A stretch of DNA of 64,000 bases from contig CAVPCQ010000036.1 of the NCBI GenBank assembly GCA_963702425.1, positions 1 to 64,000 of the forward strand. Reading direction: 5' to 3'. The notes under the pieces were generated by a model, which saw nothing but the letters and a program-made list of their open reading frames with translations, did not search any database and was not told the DNA's origin. Numbering within the stretch: position 1 is the stretch's first letter; each line of letters opens with the position of its first letter. Both the position numbers and the translations under genes were made by a program. Origin of the DNA: an uncultured Acidobacteriota bacterium (lineage in GTDB: Bacteria; Acidobacteriota; Polarisedimenticolia; J045). Shown here piece by piece: positions 41,797-52,039 of the stretch.

Positions 41797-44061
41797 TCAA
41801 TAGGCCTTGATGATCTTCCCGGTGACGAAGATCAGCAGTTCACGGTTCTTGCTCGTGATACCCCGCGACTTGAACAGCCAGCCGAGCGCGGGGAGTTTGC
41901 GCAGCCAGGGAACGCCGATCTCGTCGTTGCCTTCGTTGACGGAGAAGATGCCGCCGATCACCGCCGTACCGCCGTCCTTGATCAGGATCTTGGTCGAGGC
42001 CCGCTGGGTGTTGATCGACGGGACACCCTGCACCTGGACGACGAAGTCGGGTGAGTTGTTCTCGACGTCGAGGTCGAGAGCGATCGTCCCCTCCGCGGTG
42101 ATCTGGGGGGTGACGCGCAGCAGCAGCGATGCCGCCACGAACTGGACGTCGACTTCCGTCGCGGTCGTGGTGACGATCGGGTAACGCAAGCCCTGTTCGA
42201 TCTCGGCGGTCTCGTTGTTCAGCGTCGCCACCTTCGGCGCCGACAGTCGGCGCGCGTAGCCCTCGCTCTCCAGCGCGTCGATCGTGATGTCGAGCGTGAA
42301 GGAGTCGAGGACGTTGCCGAACGAGAAGCCGAGGGAACTCGCCTTCGGGTTGCGCGGGAGGTTCAGGTCCCACTTCACGTTGGCGCGGTTCGGGAAATCG
42401 AGGCCGGTCTGCGTCCCGTAGGCCGGGTCGGCGTCGGCGGTGAAGCCCCAGTTGATCCCCAGCGTCTGCTGGAAGTCGCGCGAGACCTCGACGATGCGGG
42501 CCTCGATCATGACCTGCGGGGTTTCCGCGTCGAGTGCCTCCATCAGGCCTTCGATCGACGCCAGGCGGGACGGCACGTCGCGGATCACGAGCGTATTGGT
42601 CCGCTCGTCGACGACGACGCGCCCCTTGCTGCTGATGACCGCGTCCCGGACGACCTTCTCGATATCTTTCGCCCGGGCGTAGGACAACGTGCGGGTGATC
42701 GTGACCGGCGGCGCCTCGAGTTCCTGGTTCTCCCACAGCTGGCGCTTCTGCTGCGCCTCCTGCGCGAGCTTCGTGACCGGAGCGACGCGGACCACATTCC
42801 CCTCCATCTGCATGGAGAGGCCGTTGTTCTTGAGGATGATGTCGAGCGCCTGATCCCAGGGGACCTGGTCGACGACGATCGTCACGGTGCCGGAAACGCC
42901 CGGATCGAGCACGAAGTTCAGGCCCGACATCTCGTGGAAGACGCCGAAGACCTGCTTCACGTCGGCGTCCACCAGCTCGAGACTGATCGGCTGCCCGGTG
43001 TACTCCTTCCGGAGCTCACCGATTGCGTTGATCGCGCTGCTCGGCAGCGGAACCGCGCCCGAGGTCGTGATCTCCGCGGGGGCGGTGCTGCCCGCGTTGA
43101 CCACGGAGGCCATCGGATTCGGAGGCGGAGGCGTCGGCGTCGGCTGCGCGCCGAGCGCCGCCTGGACCTCGCTCGCGTTCCAGGCCGGAGGTGGCGGGCT
43201 TTCGACCCACGCCGGGGCGGGAGCCGCGATCGGGGCCGGAGCCACGGCCGGGCTCGGAGCTTCGACGGGAACCGGCGCAGCGTTCACGACCGGCATCGCC
43301 TCGGCGACGGGCTGCGGCACCGGGCGGATCTCGGCGACGGGCTGCGGCGCCGGACGCGACTCGACGACGGGGACCGCGGCCGGATCGCTGATCGCCCTCG
43401 GCGCCTTCTCGATCGCCGGCACGGGTGCGCCGGCGGCCTTCGTCGCTGAGGTCGGGACCGGATCGGGACGCGCCACCGCCCAGGACGGGAGGCTCTCCGG
43501 CGTCTCGGCGACCGCCGGCCGGGCCGCGGCTGCGGTCTCGACGGCGGCCGGCGCGACCGGCTCGGCAACGCGCGCCACGGCGGTCTCGGGACCGATGTGG
43601 ACGCGCAGCGTGTCGCCCTCCTGGATCACGTTCCAATGGAGCGGCGCGCTCATGTCGAGCACCACGCGCGTCATCGCCTCGGGCGTGTCGCGGTACTGCC
43701 CGACCCGGACGCGGATCAGGCCCTCCCGGTCGACCTCGACCCTCGGCTTCGCCGACGCCGCGTACACGCCGGGCAGGTCGAGGACCAGCCGGTCGGGTCC
43801 GGTGAGGGCGAAGACCTGGTAGCCCAGGCCTCCGTCGCCGCGCAGGACGACGTCGTAGACGGCGCCCCCCGGATCGGCGACGCTGACGTCGACCAACCGG
43901 TTCGCGGGATTCAGGCCATCCGGCGGCTGCGCCGCGGCAAGCAGCGGCGGGCGTTCGTCGCCGGGAACGGCGTTGGCCAGCACGACCAGGCCGCAGGCGG
44001 CGGCCGCGCAGGCAAACGCGATGAGCCGCGTCATGCGGCTCGGGAGGTCATCCCTCCTCAT
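41797..44061 (-). CDS. pilQ: T4P secretin with AMIN domain and Pro/Ala linker
   Basis: RLVLDLPG, YTGQPISL, VPWDQALD, QVMIEARIVE, GVPWL..LP..GWLFK, ELLIFVT. Confidence 0.95.
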   Translation of the reverse strand: MRRDDLPSRMTRLIAFACAAAACGLVVLANAVPGDERPPLLAAAQPPDGLNPANRLVDVSVADPGGAVYDVVLRGDGGLGYQVFALTGPDRLVLDLPGVYAASAKPRVEVDREGLIRVRVGQYRDTPEAMTRVVLDMSAPLHWNVIQEGDTLRVHIGPETAVARVAEPVAPAAVETAAAARPAVAETPESLPSWAVARPDPVPTSATKAAGAPVPAIEKAPRAISDPAAVPVVESRPAPQPVAEIRPVPQPVAEAMPVVNAAPVPVEAPSPAVAPAPIAAPAPAWVESPPPPAWNASEVQAALGAQPTPTPPPPNPMASVVNAGSTAPAEITTSGAVPLPSSAINAIGELRKEYTGQPISLELVDADVKQVFGVFHEMSGLNFVLDPGVSGTVTIVVDQVPWDQALDIILKNNGLSMQMEGNVVRVAPVTKLAQEAQQKRQLWENQELEAPPVTITRTLSYARAKDIEKVVRDAVISSKGRVVVDERTNTLVIRDVPSRLASIEGLMEALDAETPQVMIEARIVEVSRDFQQTLGINWGFTADADPAYGTQTGLDFPNRANVKWDLNLPRNPKASSLGFSFGNVLDSFTLDITIDALESEGYARRLSAPKVATLNNETAEIEQGLRYPIVTTTATEVDVQFVAASLLLRVTPQITAEGTIALDLDVENNSPDFVVQVQGVPSINTQRASTKILIKDGGTAVIGGIFSVNEGNDEIGVPWLRKLPALGWLFKSRGITSKNRELLIFVTGKIIKAY

Positions 44062-44624
44062 GCACCCTCCTCCTCCTCGTCGGACTCGGACCTGTGCTCC
44101 TCCCCCGTCGGGTTGAGGCGCTTCATTACGTCGCGATACGGCTTGATTCGACGCGGGTCGTCCACCTGCTGGCGGAACATGACCATTCCACGATTCGCAT
44201 CGATGTCGATCACCTTGCCGTCATACACGATGTCGCCGACGCGCAGCGTGTAGCCCCGGTTGTCGGAGCCCTGGAACAGGGCGACCGGCACTCCGCGGGA
44301 ATCGACCGCGAGACCCTTCAGCGCGATCTCGTTGACGAGCATCCCGGCGATCCCCTTGGGGCGCTTGCCGGTCGACTCGACGTCCTTCTTCACGAGCGGT
44401 TCGAATGGATCGCGGCGGCCGCCCGGATCGTAGGAGAACTGCCGGCCAGTGATGACGGCCTCGCTCTCCACCTGGATCTGCTCGACCACCTGCTCGTTGG
44501 GCGAAAGTGGCGCGGCGGGGGCCTGCTTGGCCTCCTCCTGCGCGAACGCGAGCACGGCGGCGGCGATCAGGACGATCGCCAGCGCCAGGACGCGCCGGAC
44601 CGAACCTCTGCTCTGCCCGGTCAC
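44058..44624 (-). CDS. pilP: PilP-like protein
   Basis: YDP.GRRDPFEPL; lies between pilO and pilQ. Confidence 0.75.
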   Translation of the reverse strand: MTGQSRGSVRRVLALAIVLIAAAVLAFAQEEAKQAPAAPLSPNEQVVEQIQVESEAVITGRQFSYDPGGRRDPFEPLVKKDVESTGKRPKGIAGMLVNEIALKGLAVDSRGVPVALFQGSDNRGYTLRVGDIVYDGKVIDIDANRGMVMFRQQVDDPRRIKPYRDVMKRLNPTGEEHRSESDEEEEGA

Positions 44625-45220
44625 GCGTCACCTCCCTTCTTCTTCTCTTTCCCTTCTGTCTCGTCGCGGAAGACGTAGGTCTTGGCGACGAAGCTCGAGA
44701 TGATCGTCGCGCGCACCTTGCGATCGTTGTTGGGCGTGATCTTCACGTTTTCGACGTTGATGATGCGCGCGTACTTGCTGACCCGGTCGAAGAACATCCC
44801 CAGCTGGTGGTAGTTGCCGTGGACCTCCATCCGGATCGGCTGCTCACGCAGGAACTCCTGCTCCTGCGCGGACCCCGGCCCGAACACCCGCAGTTCGAGG
44901 TTCGTCTGGTCGGCGAGGGCCTTGATCCACTTGAGGAGGTCGCCCAGCTCGGGTTGCGTCGGGAGGATCTGGCGCAGGTCGGCCAGCTTGCGCTCGAGCG
45001 ACGCGATGTCGCGCGCGAGCTCTTCCTGCTTGGCCAGCGCCTGCTTCCCTTTCGCGATCTCGGCGTCTTTCTTGTCCAGCGACTCCTTCAACCGCACGAT
45101 CTCGGCTTTCTGCGCGGAGAGGTTCGCCGGCGCCCACTTGTACTGGCTGAACACGATGAGGCCCGCGCCGGCAGCCGCCAGCCCGAGTTGACCCCACCAC
45201 GGCAGGCTCTTGAAGGTCAT
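44621..45220 (-). CDS. pilO: T4P alignment protein
   Basis: TM, coiled coil, LP...E...LL, GNYHQLGMFFD....RIIN. Confidence 0.9.
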   Translation of the reverse strand: MTFKSLPWWGQLGLAAAGAGLIVFSQYKWAPANLSAQKAEIVRLKESLDKKDAEIAKGKQALAKQEELARDIASLERKLADLRQILPTQPELGDLLKWIKALADQTNLELRVFGPGSAQEQEFLREQPIRMEVHGNYHQLGMFFDRVSKYARIINVENVKITPNNDRKVRATIISSFVAKTYVFRDETEGKEKKKGGDA

Positions 45221-45222
45221 GG

Positions 45223-45846
45223 TCAGCTCCTCGGCGCCGCAGGTGGCGGGGGGGGCGCCGCTTCGCCGGTCGGCGCGGCGACCGGCCGGGGGCCGTCGTC
45301 GGGCGGGGGGGTGAAGCGGCACGAGAGTGCGAAGCTGACTCCCTGGGGCGCCCTCTGCGTGTTGCCGAGCGTGACGTCACTGAAGAACGGGGAGTCCTTC
45401 AGGTTGTTGTAGAAGTTGGACACGGCGTTGTAGTTGGTCGCCCGCCCCTTCAGGGACACGCCGGCGTCCTTCTCCTCCATCGACTCGAGCCAGAGGTAGT
45501 CCGGGACCTGGCGCGAGATCTGATCGAGGAGGTGGACCGGCACGCGCTGCTGGCGCTTGAGGTTCGAGATCAGCTCAACCTTCTTCTCCAGCGACTTCTT
45601 CTTGACCTGGAACTCGTCGACCTGCTTGAGGACCTTCTTCAGGTTCTCGATCTGCTTGTCCGCGTCGGCGATGCGGGTCGTCAGCTCGCCGATCTGGCTC
45701 TTGTTGTCGACGTAGCGCCAGCCGATCCAGCCCAGCGACGCCAGGACGAGGGCCGCCGCGACCAGCCCGGTGCTTCCGCCCAGGTTGACCTTCGGCAGCT
45801 TCGACGGTTCCTTCTGCTTTCTCTCCAGCAGATTGACGCGAATCAT
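45223..45846 (-). CDS. pilN: T4P alignment protein
   Basis: MIRVNLL, TM, VPDYLWL, SPFF. Confidence 0.9.
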   Translation of the reverse strand: MIRVNLLERKQKEPSKLPKVNLGGSTGLVAAALVLASLGWIGWRYVDNKSQIGELTTRIADADKQIENLKKVLKQVDEFQVKKKSLEKKVELISNLKRQQRVPVHLLDQISRQVPDYLWLESMEEKDAGVSLKGRATNYNAVSNFYNNLKDSPFFSDVTLGNTQRAPQGVSFALSCRFTPPPDDGPRPVAAPTGEAAPPPPPAAPRS

Positions 45847-46907
45847 CGGTCACCCGCCTTCCTGAGCGCGAGGCCGACGGCGACCGCCGTCTCGGGCCCC
45901 GTCTCCGCGAACTGGCCCTCGAGACGGCTCGGCAGCTTCACCTTGCGGAACGGGTCGAGCATGTCGACCCGCACGCCGAACTGCTTTCCAAGCGCGTCCT
46001 GCAGGCCCGGGAGGCGAGCGCCGCCGCCGGTCAGGAGGATCGCCTGCAGCGGCGTCTCCGTCCCGGCGAAGGCCTTCACGAAGTCCACCGTGCGGTGGAT
46101 CTCGTGGCATAGGTCGTCGTTCACCGACGCGAGGATCGTCGCGACCTGCTCCATCGACACGCCCTCGATCGTCTCCATCCGCTTGGCCGCATCGGCCTGC
46201 TCGCGGGACAGATTGAGTTCGCGCTGGAGCGTCGCCGTGTACTGGTTGCCGCCGATCTGGATGTCACGCCAGAAGACCGACACGCCGTTCTGCAGGATGG
46301 CGATGCTGGTCACCGACGCGCCGATGTCGATCAGCGCGGCGTGCGCGGGCATCTCGGCACCGTAGTTCGCCTCGAGGCAGTTCAGCGCTGCGAACGTGCC
46401 GACGTCGACGACCACCGGATCGAGGCCCGCCTGGCTGATGACCGACGTGTAGTCGTCGATCTTCTCCTTGCGGGCCGCGACGAGGATGACGTCCATGTTC
46501 CCCTCGCCGGCCAGTGAGGAGCCCTCGAGCACGTGGTAGTCGAGCGACACCTCCTGGATGTTGAAGGGGATGTACTGCTCGGCTTCCCACCGGATCTGCT
46601 CGGCAAGCTCCTGCTCACCCATCGCCGGGAGGTTGATGCGGCGGATGATCACGGAGTGTCCGGACAGCCCCGTCGCGACGCGCTTGTTCTTGATGCGCCG
46701 CTGGCTCCAGATCCGCTGGAGGGTGTCCACCACGAGGCCGGCGTCCATGATGGCGCCGTCGACGATCGCCTCGGGTGGAAGCGGCTCGTGGGCCATGGAC
46801 TGGACTTCCCAGCCCCGGCCGCGGCCCAGCTCCTTGAGCTCTACGACCTTGATGGAGCTGTCGCCGATGTCGAGCCCCACGAGGTCCTTGGAACGGCCGA
46901 ATTGCAT
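45843..46907 (-). CDS. pilM: T4P cytoplasmic actin-like protein
   Basis: VGLDIG..SIK, EAEQYIPF, IDIGAS, LTGGGA, AVGLALR. Confidence 0.95.
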   Translation of the reverse strand: MQFGRSKDLVGLDIGDSSIKVVELKELGRGRGWEVQSMAHEPLPPEAIVDGAIMDAGLVVDTLQRIWSQRRIKNKRVATGLSGHSVIIRRINLPAMGEQELAEQIRWEAEQYIPFNIQEVSLDYHVLEGSSLAGEGNMDVILVAARKEKIDDYTSVISQAGLDPVVVDVGTFAALNCLEANYGAEMPAHAALIDIGASVTSIAILQNGVSVFWRDIQIGGNQYTATLQRELNLSREQADAAKRMETIEGVSMEQVATILASVNDDLCHEIHRTVDFVKAFAGTETPLQAILLTGGGARLPGLQDALGKQFGVRVDMLDPFRKVKLPSRLEGQFAETGPETAVAVGLALRKAGDR

Positions 46908-47228
46908 TTCGGGCCTCCGCCTAGGCCGGACGGTCGGCCTCCCTCCGAACGGGGCGAAACTAACCGAGGTTTAGGCGCCAGGTCAAGGAGTAATGCGGAC
47001 AGTTTCGGACCCTTTTCGCCGGTTCCGAACCCCGCGAGCCGCTCCTTGCGCCTGGCCCTTCCTCCGTTCACCCCGTGGGAGGCAGCCTGCCGCCGCCACC
47101 GCACGGTTGTGGACCGACCTCGCTTCCCGGCGGCGATGCTGCCCCCTGTCCGCCGGAAGCCGAGCCGGCCCCCTCGCCGCGAATATAGGTCCCGAGATCG
47201 ACCGGGCAAGCTTCCGGACGAGCGCGAG

Positions 47229-47257
47229 TTGACCGGCCGGGATGCGCCATCTAAGAT
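47229..47257 (+). promoter_or_regulatory. sigma70-like promoter of rpmB
   Basis: TTGACC-N17-TAAGAT. Confidence 0.6.
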
Positions 47258-47302
47258 CACCCGGTTTGCGGCGGCCCGTTCCGGCCGCGGAGGTGTCCCG
47301 TC

Positions 47303-47500
47303 ATGGCCCGCATGTGTGACGTTTGCGGCAAGAAGCCGGTGTCCGGCAACACGATCAGCCACGCCCACAACGTGACCAAGCGGCGCTTCATGCCGAATCT
47401 TCAGAATGTCCGGGTGGTCACCGAGAACGGAACCCCGAAGCGAGCCACGGTCTGCACCCGCTGCCTGCGCTCCGGCAAGGTCGCCAAGCGCGTCTCCTGA
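47303..47500 (+). CDS. rpmB: 50S ribosomal protein L28 (Zn-ribbon form)
   Basis: CDVCGK..GN.ISHAHN.TKRRF.PNLQ...VCTRCLRSG. Confidence 0.97.
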   Translation: MARMCDVCGKKPVSGNTISHAHNVTKRRFMPNLQNVRVVTENGTPKRATVCTRCLRSGKVAKRVS

Positions 47501-47658
47501 TCCGCCGGTAGGCCACGCGCTGTCCGGTCCGGCCCCGCCCCGCCCCGCCCCCCTCCAGCCCCGGGAAGCCCCGCATCGGCGCCGAGCGGCCCCGCAGGGA
47601 ACCGCTCCGCCGGGGCCCCGCCCGACCACCCCCGGCTCGGGTCCCCCTCCGGCCCTGG

Positions 47659-47697
47659 AAAAGCGAAACGCGGGCCCGGGGCGCGCCCGGGCCCGCG
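47659..47697 (-). terminator. Intrinsic terminator after exbD
   Basis: 12-bp GC stem CGCGGGCCCGGG followed by TTTCGCTTTT on the minus strand. Confidence 0.7.
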
Positions 47698-47715
47698 TCG
47701 CAAGAGGAGGTCGGT

Positions 47716-48225
47716 CTACTCGGTGCCGCCGCCGGCCGTGTGGGCGATCCCCGAGTCCTTCACCAGCGCGACCTTCAGGTCCTCGCCGGCGCCGTTCTTG
47801 GCGATGTCGAGGATCCGCATCACGGCCTCGTAGTTGAGCTTCTCCTCGGCCGCGAGGAAAACCACCTTGTCGGCCTTCTTCCGGTTGCGGAAGACCTCGT
47901 CCATCTTGCGGGCGAGCTCCTCGATCCGGACGACGTCCTTGTTGATGCGCACCGTACAGCCCGGGGGCAAGCCCGGCTGCATGAGCGGGGTGGCGATCTT
48001 GCACTCTTCCTCGGTGACCGAGAGGATGACCTGCATGGCGAGTATCTCCGGGGTCGGCGGGACGATGTTCTTCTCCTCGCGGGGGACCTCGAGGTCGTAG
48101 CCGCGCTGGGCCAGGGGCGTCACGACCATGAAGATGATCAGCAGCACCAGTACCACGTCGACGAGCGGCGTGATGTTGATGTCCGACTTGACGCCCTTCT
48201 TGCTGCCACCGACATCCATTCCCAT
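47716..48225 (-). CDS. exbD: ExbD/TolR family protein
   Basis: DINITPLVDVVLVLLIIFMV. Confidence 0.9.
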   Translation of the reverse strand: MGMDVGGSKKGVKSDINITPLVDVVLVLLIIFMVVTPLAQRGYDLEVPREEKNIVPPTPEILAMQVILSVTEEECKIATPLMQPGLPPGCTVRINKDVVRIEELARKMDEVFRNRKKADKVVFLAAEEKLNYEAVMRILDIAKNGAGEDLKVALVKDSGIAHTAGGGTE

Positions 48226-48252
48226 CGGATCACCCCAGTCCCGGGCCGCAGC

Positions 48253-48711
48253 CTAGGACGACTTCTTCTCGGTGATCAGGCCCACGTTGCGGAAACCCGC
48301 GTTCCTGATCTTGAACACCACGTCCTTCACGTCGCCGAAAGTGAGTCGAGCGTCGGCCTTGACCACCACGGTCCCCGCCGGGTTGCGCTCGTAAGCTTCC
48401 TTGATCTTCGGATCGAAGTCTCGAAGGAGCATCCTCTCCTTCTCGATGTAGATCGGGTTGTTCTTCGTCACGGAACTGTCGTAGGCGATCACCACCATGA
48501 TCTGGGACTTCTCGTCGGGCTTCTTGTCCGGGTTGTCGGTGATCGGGAGTTTCACCGACTGGCCCTTCTGGAGCATCGGCGTGACGACCATGAAGATGAT
48601 GAGCAGGACCAGCACCACGTCGACGAGCGGCGTGATGTTGATGTCCGACTTGACGGCACCCGCCTTCAGCGGCGCGCCGGGGCCGGCACCGCTGCTAACC
48701 TGCATGCCCAT
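48253..48711 (-). CDS. exbD: ExbD/TolR family protein
   Basis: DINITPLVDVVLVLLIIFMV, KAD. Confidence 0.9.
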   Translation of the reverse strand: MGMQVSSGAGPGAPLKAGAVKSDINITPLVDVVLVLLIIFMVVTPMLQKGQSVKLPITDNPDKKPDEKSQIMVVIAYDSSVTKNNPIYIEKERMLLRDFDPKIKEAYERNPAGTVVVKADARLTFGDVKDVVFKIRNAGFRNVGLITEKKSS

Positions 48712-49363
48712 GGCGCTTCACGATGAAGTCGATCAGCTCGGACGAGGCGTTGGTCATCTCGACCTGGAACCGCTCGAGCCGCTCGGTGAAGTAGTTGAAG
48801 AGCACGACCGCGAGGATCGCCACGCCGATCCCGACGCCGGTGGTGATCAGCGCCTCGGCGATACCAGCGGACACCGCGGCGAGACCGCCCGAGCCGGCGG
48901 TGGCGATACCATGGAACGCGTTGATGATGCCGAACACCGTCCCGAACAGGCCGATGAAGGGGGACGTCGTGGCGATCGTTCCCAGGCCGCCCAGGCCCTT
49001 GCGCAGCTCGGCCGAGGTCACGGCCATCGCCATGTCGAGGGCGCGGCGGGTCGAATCGAGCATCACGAGCTCGCCCTGGTCCTTGGTCGACTGGTACTCC
49101 AGGAGTCCGGACGACACCACCTTGGCGATGTGCGCCTTGTTGAACTTCTTGGACGAGTCGATCGCCTCCTGGATCTTCCCCTGCTTGAGGTAGTTGACCA
49201 GGTGGGGCAGGTACTCGGTCGACTGCTTCCGCGACGCGTTGTAAGCGAGGAACTTCTCGACCGCGACCTTGAGGGTCCAGATGGAGCACAGCACGAGGAT
49301 GACGATCACCCCCTTTGCGATGTATCCGGACGACTGCCACATGCTGATGAGATCGAAAGTCAT
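48695..49363 (-). CDS. exbB: MotA/TolQ/ExbB proton channel
   Basis: SPFIGLFGTVFGI, GIAEALITT..G..VAI. Confidence 0.9.
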   Translation of the reverse strand: MTFDLISMWQSSGYIAKGVIVILVLCSIWTLKVAVEKFLAYNASRKQSTEYLPHLVNYLKQGKIQEAIDSSKKFNKAHIAKVVSSGLLEYQSTKDQGELVMLDSTRRALDMAMAVTSAELRKGLGGLGTIATTSPFIGLFGTVFGIINAFHGIATAGSGGLAAVSAGIAEALITTGVGIGVAILAVVLFNYFTERLERFQVEMTNASSELIDFIVKRHGHAG

Positions 49364-49424
49364 GACGGGCTCTCCTCTTGCAGATGCTCTCGCTCGTGCT
49401 CTCTGAACCGCTCTTGCCCAGCGG

Positions 49425-50171
49425 TCAGTCCAGGGTGAAGTTCACGACCACCGTGAAATAGACCGCGACGGGCTTCCCTTCGAGCGTCGCGGGCTTGTAC
49501 TTCCAGCGCTTTACAGCAGAGATCGCCGAATCATCGAGCAGCGGGTGCGACTTCAGCACCTTCACGTCGACGACGTCGCCGCGCTCGTTGATGACGGCCT
49601 GCAGGATGACCTTGCCCGTGACCCGGGCCCGCCGGGCCATTTCGGGGTACTCGGGGTCGATCTTGGTGACCAGCACGGGAGCCTGGACGTTGCCGACGAC
49701 CAGCATCGGCTCGTTCTCGGTCCCGCCCTCGCCACCGAGCACGCCCCCGGCCACGCCGCCGAGCACGCCGCCGGGCACGCCGCCGGGCACGCCGCCCTCG
49801 ACACCGCCCTCGACGCCGCCTTCGACGCCGAACTCGTCACCGCCGCCCGAGTTCTCCTCGATCTTGATGTCCTTGGGAACCTCCTGCGGCTGGACCAGTT
49901 CGTTCGGCTGGGTCGGCGTGATGTCGACGGTCTTCGGCGCGGAGGACGCCTTGGGAGGAGGCGGCGGAGGAGGAGGAGGAGGAGGAGGCGCGGACATGCC
50001 GACGAAGGTCAGCATCATGTCGGGATCCTGCACCGCCTCGACCACGAGGAACGAGGCCAGGATCACGCCGCCGATCAGGACCGCGTGGACGAGCAGCGCG
50101 AGCGGGAAGCTCCACCACTTCCCCTTGTCCATGCCGCCTTTGCGACTGTCGAGCATGTTGTTATCGAACAT
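49425..50171 (-). CDS. tonB: TonB-family energy transducer
   Basis: TM with His, poly-Pro, GGVxG repeats, PEYP..AR...G.V C-domain. Confidence 0.9.
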   Translation of the reverse strand: MFDNNMLDSRKGGMDKGKWWSFPLALLVHAVLIGGVILASFLVVEAVQDPDMMLTFVGMSAPPPPPPPPPPPPKASSAPKTVDITPTQPNELVQPQEVPKDIKIEENSGGGDEFGVEGGVEGGVEGGVPGGVPGGVLGGVAGGVLGGEGGTENEPMLVVGNVQAPVLVTKIDPEYPEMARRARVTGKVILQAVINERGDVVDVKVLKSHPLLDDSAISAVKRWKYKPATLEGKPVAVYFTVVVNFTLD

Positions 50172-50195
50172 ATCGGTCCCTCGGCCGCGCCCGCG

Positions 50196-51053
50196 TCAGG
50201 CGCCGGCGCCCGCCTTGCTCTTCTCGGCTTCGATCTGCTTCTTACGCGCGGCCGCGGCCCGATCCTTGAAGCCGTTGGCAATCGTCATTTCCGCCTGCGC
50301 TTCCTCCAGGCGGTTCTGGCGCCCCAGGACGGCGGCTTTCTCGCGGTGGAGCAGGTTGGCGTAGACCAGCGCGTCGAAGTAGTCCGGATCGATCGCGATC
50401 GCCTTGTCGAACGCCGCGAGACCTTCCGGAATCAGGGTCGCCTCGCGCTCGCTGTCGGAAACCATCTCCTTCCCCTTGTACGAGCGCTCCCAGGCCACGA
50501 CGCCCACGGTGTACCAGGCTTCCTTGTTCTTGGGGTCGAGCGCCGCGCGCTTCGTGAAGTACTTCCAGGCGCTGGGGAAGTCACCCTTCTTCGCGTACAG
50601 ATTGGCCAGCTGGAGAACCGTTTCCGTGTTGTTGGGGTCCTTGGCCAGCTCCTTCTCCATGAACGCGATCGCCTTGTCGCTCATCTCGGCCGACGCAAGC
50701 AGCGAGAGGTAGTACTTCACCACCCGGTCCTGGGTCTCCGCGTCCGGCGCCTTGAGCGTCATCAGCTTCTCGAGGTACTCGATCGACTGGGTCGCATACT
50801 CCTTGTCCTTCGGGTGCGTCGAACCGGGGTGGTACATCGCGAGGTTGGACATCGCGACCTGGTAGGTCGCGGTGTAGTTGCCCGGATCCATGACGAGGAT
50901 TTCCTTGTACTTCTTGATCGCCTCGTCGTACTTCTGGGCCTTATAGAGCTCGTGACCCTTCTTCATCGTCATGCGCTCGCGCAGGCCCTGGCATCCAGGC
51001 GCGAAAACGAGCAGCACCCCGAGAACGAGAACGGCCACCAGACTGCGCCTCAT
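50196..51053 (-). CDS. TPR lipoprotein
   Basis: Lipobox-like FAPG-C and several TPR motifs. Confidence 0.8.
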   Translation of the reverse strand: MRRSLVAVLVLGVLLVFAPGCQGLRERMTMKKGHELYKAQKYDEAIKKYKEILVMDPGNYTATYQVAMSNLAMYHPGSTHPKDKEYATQSIEYLEKLMTLKAPDAETQDRVVKYYLSLLASAEMSDKAIAFMEKELAKDPNNTETVLQLANLYAKKGDFPSAWKYFTKRAALDPKNKEAWYTVGVVAWERSYKGKEMVSDSEREATLIPEGLAAFDKAIAIDPDYFDALVYANLLHREKAAVLGRQNRLEEAQAEMTIANGFKDRAAAARKKQIEAEKSKAGAGA

Positions 51054-51549
51054 GCGTCACCTCCTGCGCCGCGCCAAGGCGGCCGGCAGGCCCACGTGTC
51101 GGGCGAAGGCGGGGACTCGCCGCTCGATCGTCTCCCGGTCGGCGGATCGCGCCGCGGCCCGGGAGTCCACTCGATGGCCGGCGAGCCTGGCTTCGCGATG
51201 TCCCTCGTTCGTTCCATGGCCGGAAGCAGCGTGCCTCCCGAACCGGCTGCGAGCCCAGCGAACCCCGGCAATCCCGCTGCTGGCGCCCCGCATGCGCCGA
51301 GCAATCGAAGCCGGCGCCGGAGGGGTTCGGCGACCGCGGGTCGGGAGGCCGTGCAACCCGCTGCGCGGCGGCCCAGCGGCGCGAGAGGATACCACTGAAC
51401 CTCAGCATCCCGCTGGTTCGAATCGCCCAGGCGACCGTTCATCGACCGACTGCGCCTCGCCGGCGGGTCCGGCCGCCGCCGCGGATTCGTTCGGTTTCGT
51501 GTGCCCTTCAACGAACAGAGAGGAGTCTTTCGGGGCGTTGAGTGAATAA

Positions 51550-51578
51550 ATTGTGAGTCACTTCGTATCGATCCGCAA
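51550..51578 (-). promoter_or_regulatory. Candidate sigma70 promoter for the TPR-tonB operon
   Basis: TTGCGG-N17-CACAAT in a local AT-rich patch. Confidence 0.4.
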
Positions 51579-51697
51579 GCGCTTCGGGGCTCGAATCAGG
51601 CTCTCGGGGGGAGCCGGGTTGCGGCACTCGACCCGGGTCAATCGTTCTGCCGGCCGCGGTCGGACCGGGAGATCACGGCCTCGGTCTCGAGCCCGCG

Positions 51698-52039
51698 TCA
51701 GGCCGTGAAAGACGCCACGGCCTCGTCGACGGAGTCGAAGATCTTGAAAACGAGGAACAGCTTGGTCAGGGTGAAGAGATCGTTGATGCGCGGGTTCAGC
51801 GCGGCCAGCTTGATCTCGCCCCCCTTCTCCGACACCGACTTGTGGCAGCCCACGACCTCGCCGAGCCCGGCGCTGTCCATGAAGTTCACGCCCGCCATGT
51901 CGATGACGATCTGCCGCTTCCCCTCGTCGAGCTGCGAGCGGACGGCATCGCGCAGCGCCACGTCCCCCTGGTTGATCCGGATGTCGCCATGGGGGGTGAT
52001 GATCGTCGTGTTGCCCTTTTGGGAGTAGTCGATCCTCAT
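51698..52039 (-). CDS. STAS domain anti-sigma factor antagonist
   Basis: V.FMDSAGLG motif. Confidence 0.9.
   Translation of the reverse strand: MRIDYSQKGNTTIITPHGDIRINQGDVALRDAVRSQLDEGKRQIVIDMAGVNFMDSAGLGEVVGCHKSVSEKGGEIKLAALNPRINDLFTLTKLFLVFKIFDSVDEAVASFTA

Noticed and set aside
49737-49990. GGA and 12-bp tandem repeats
   Set aside because: They encode the ordinary poly-Pro and GGVxG linker of TonB.
51200-51460. SRP, 6S or cobalamin riboswitch call
   Set aside because: Only fragmentary resemblance (GGAAGCAGC; a GAACC...GGTTC hairpin); the conserved cores are missing.
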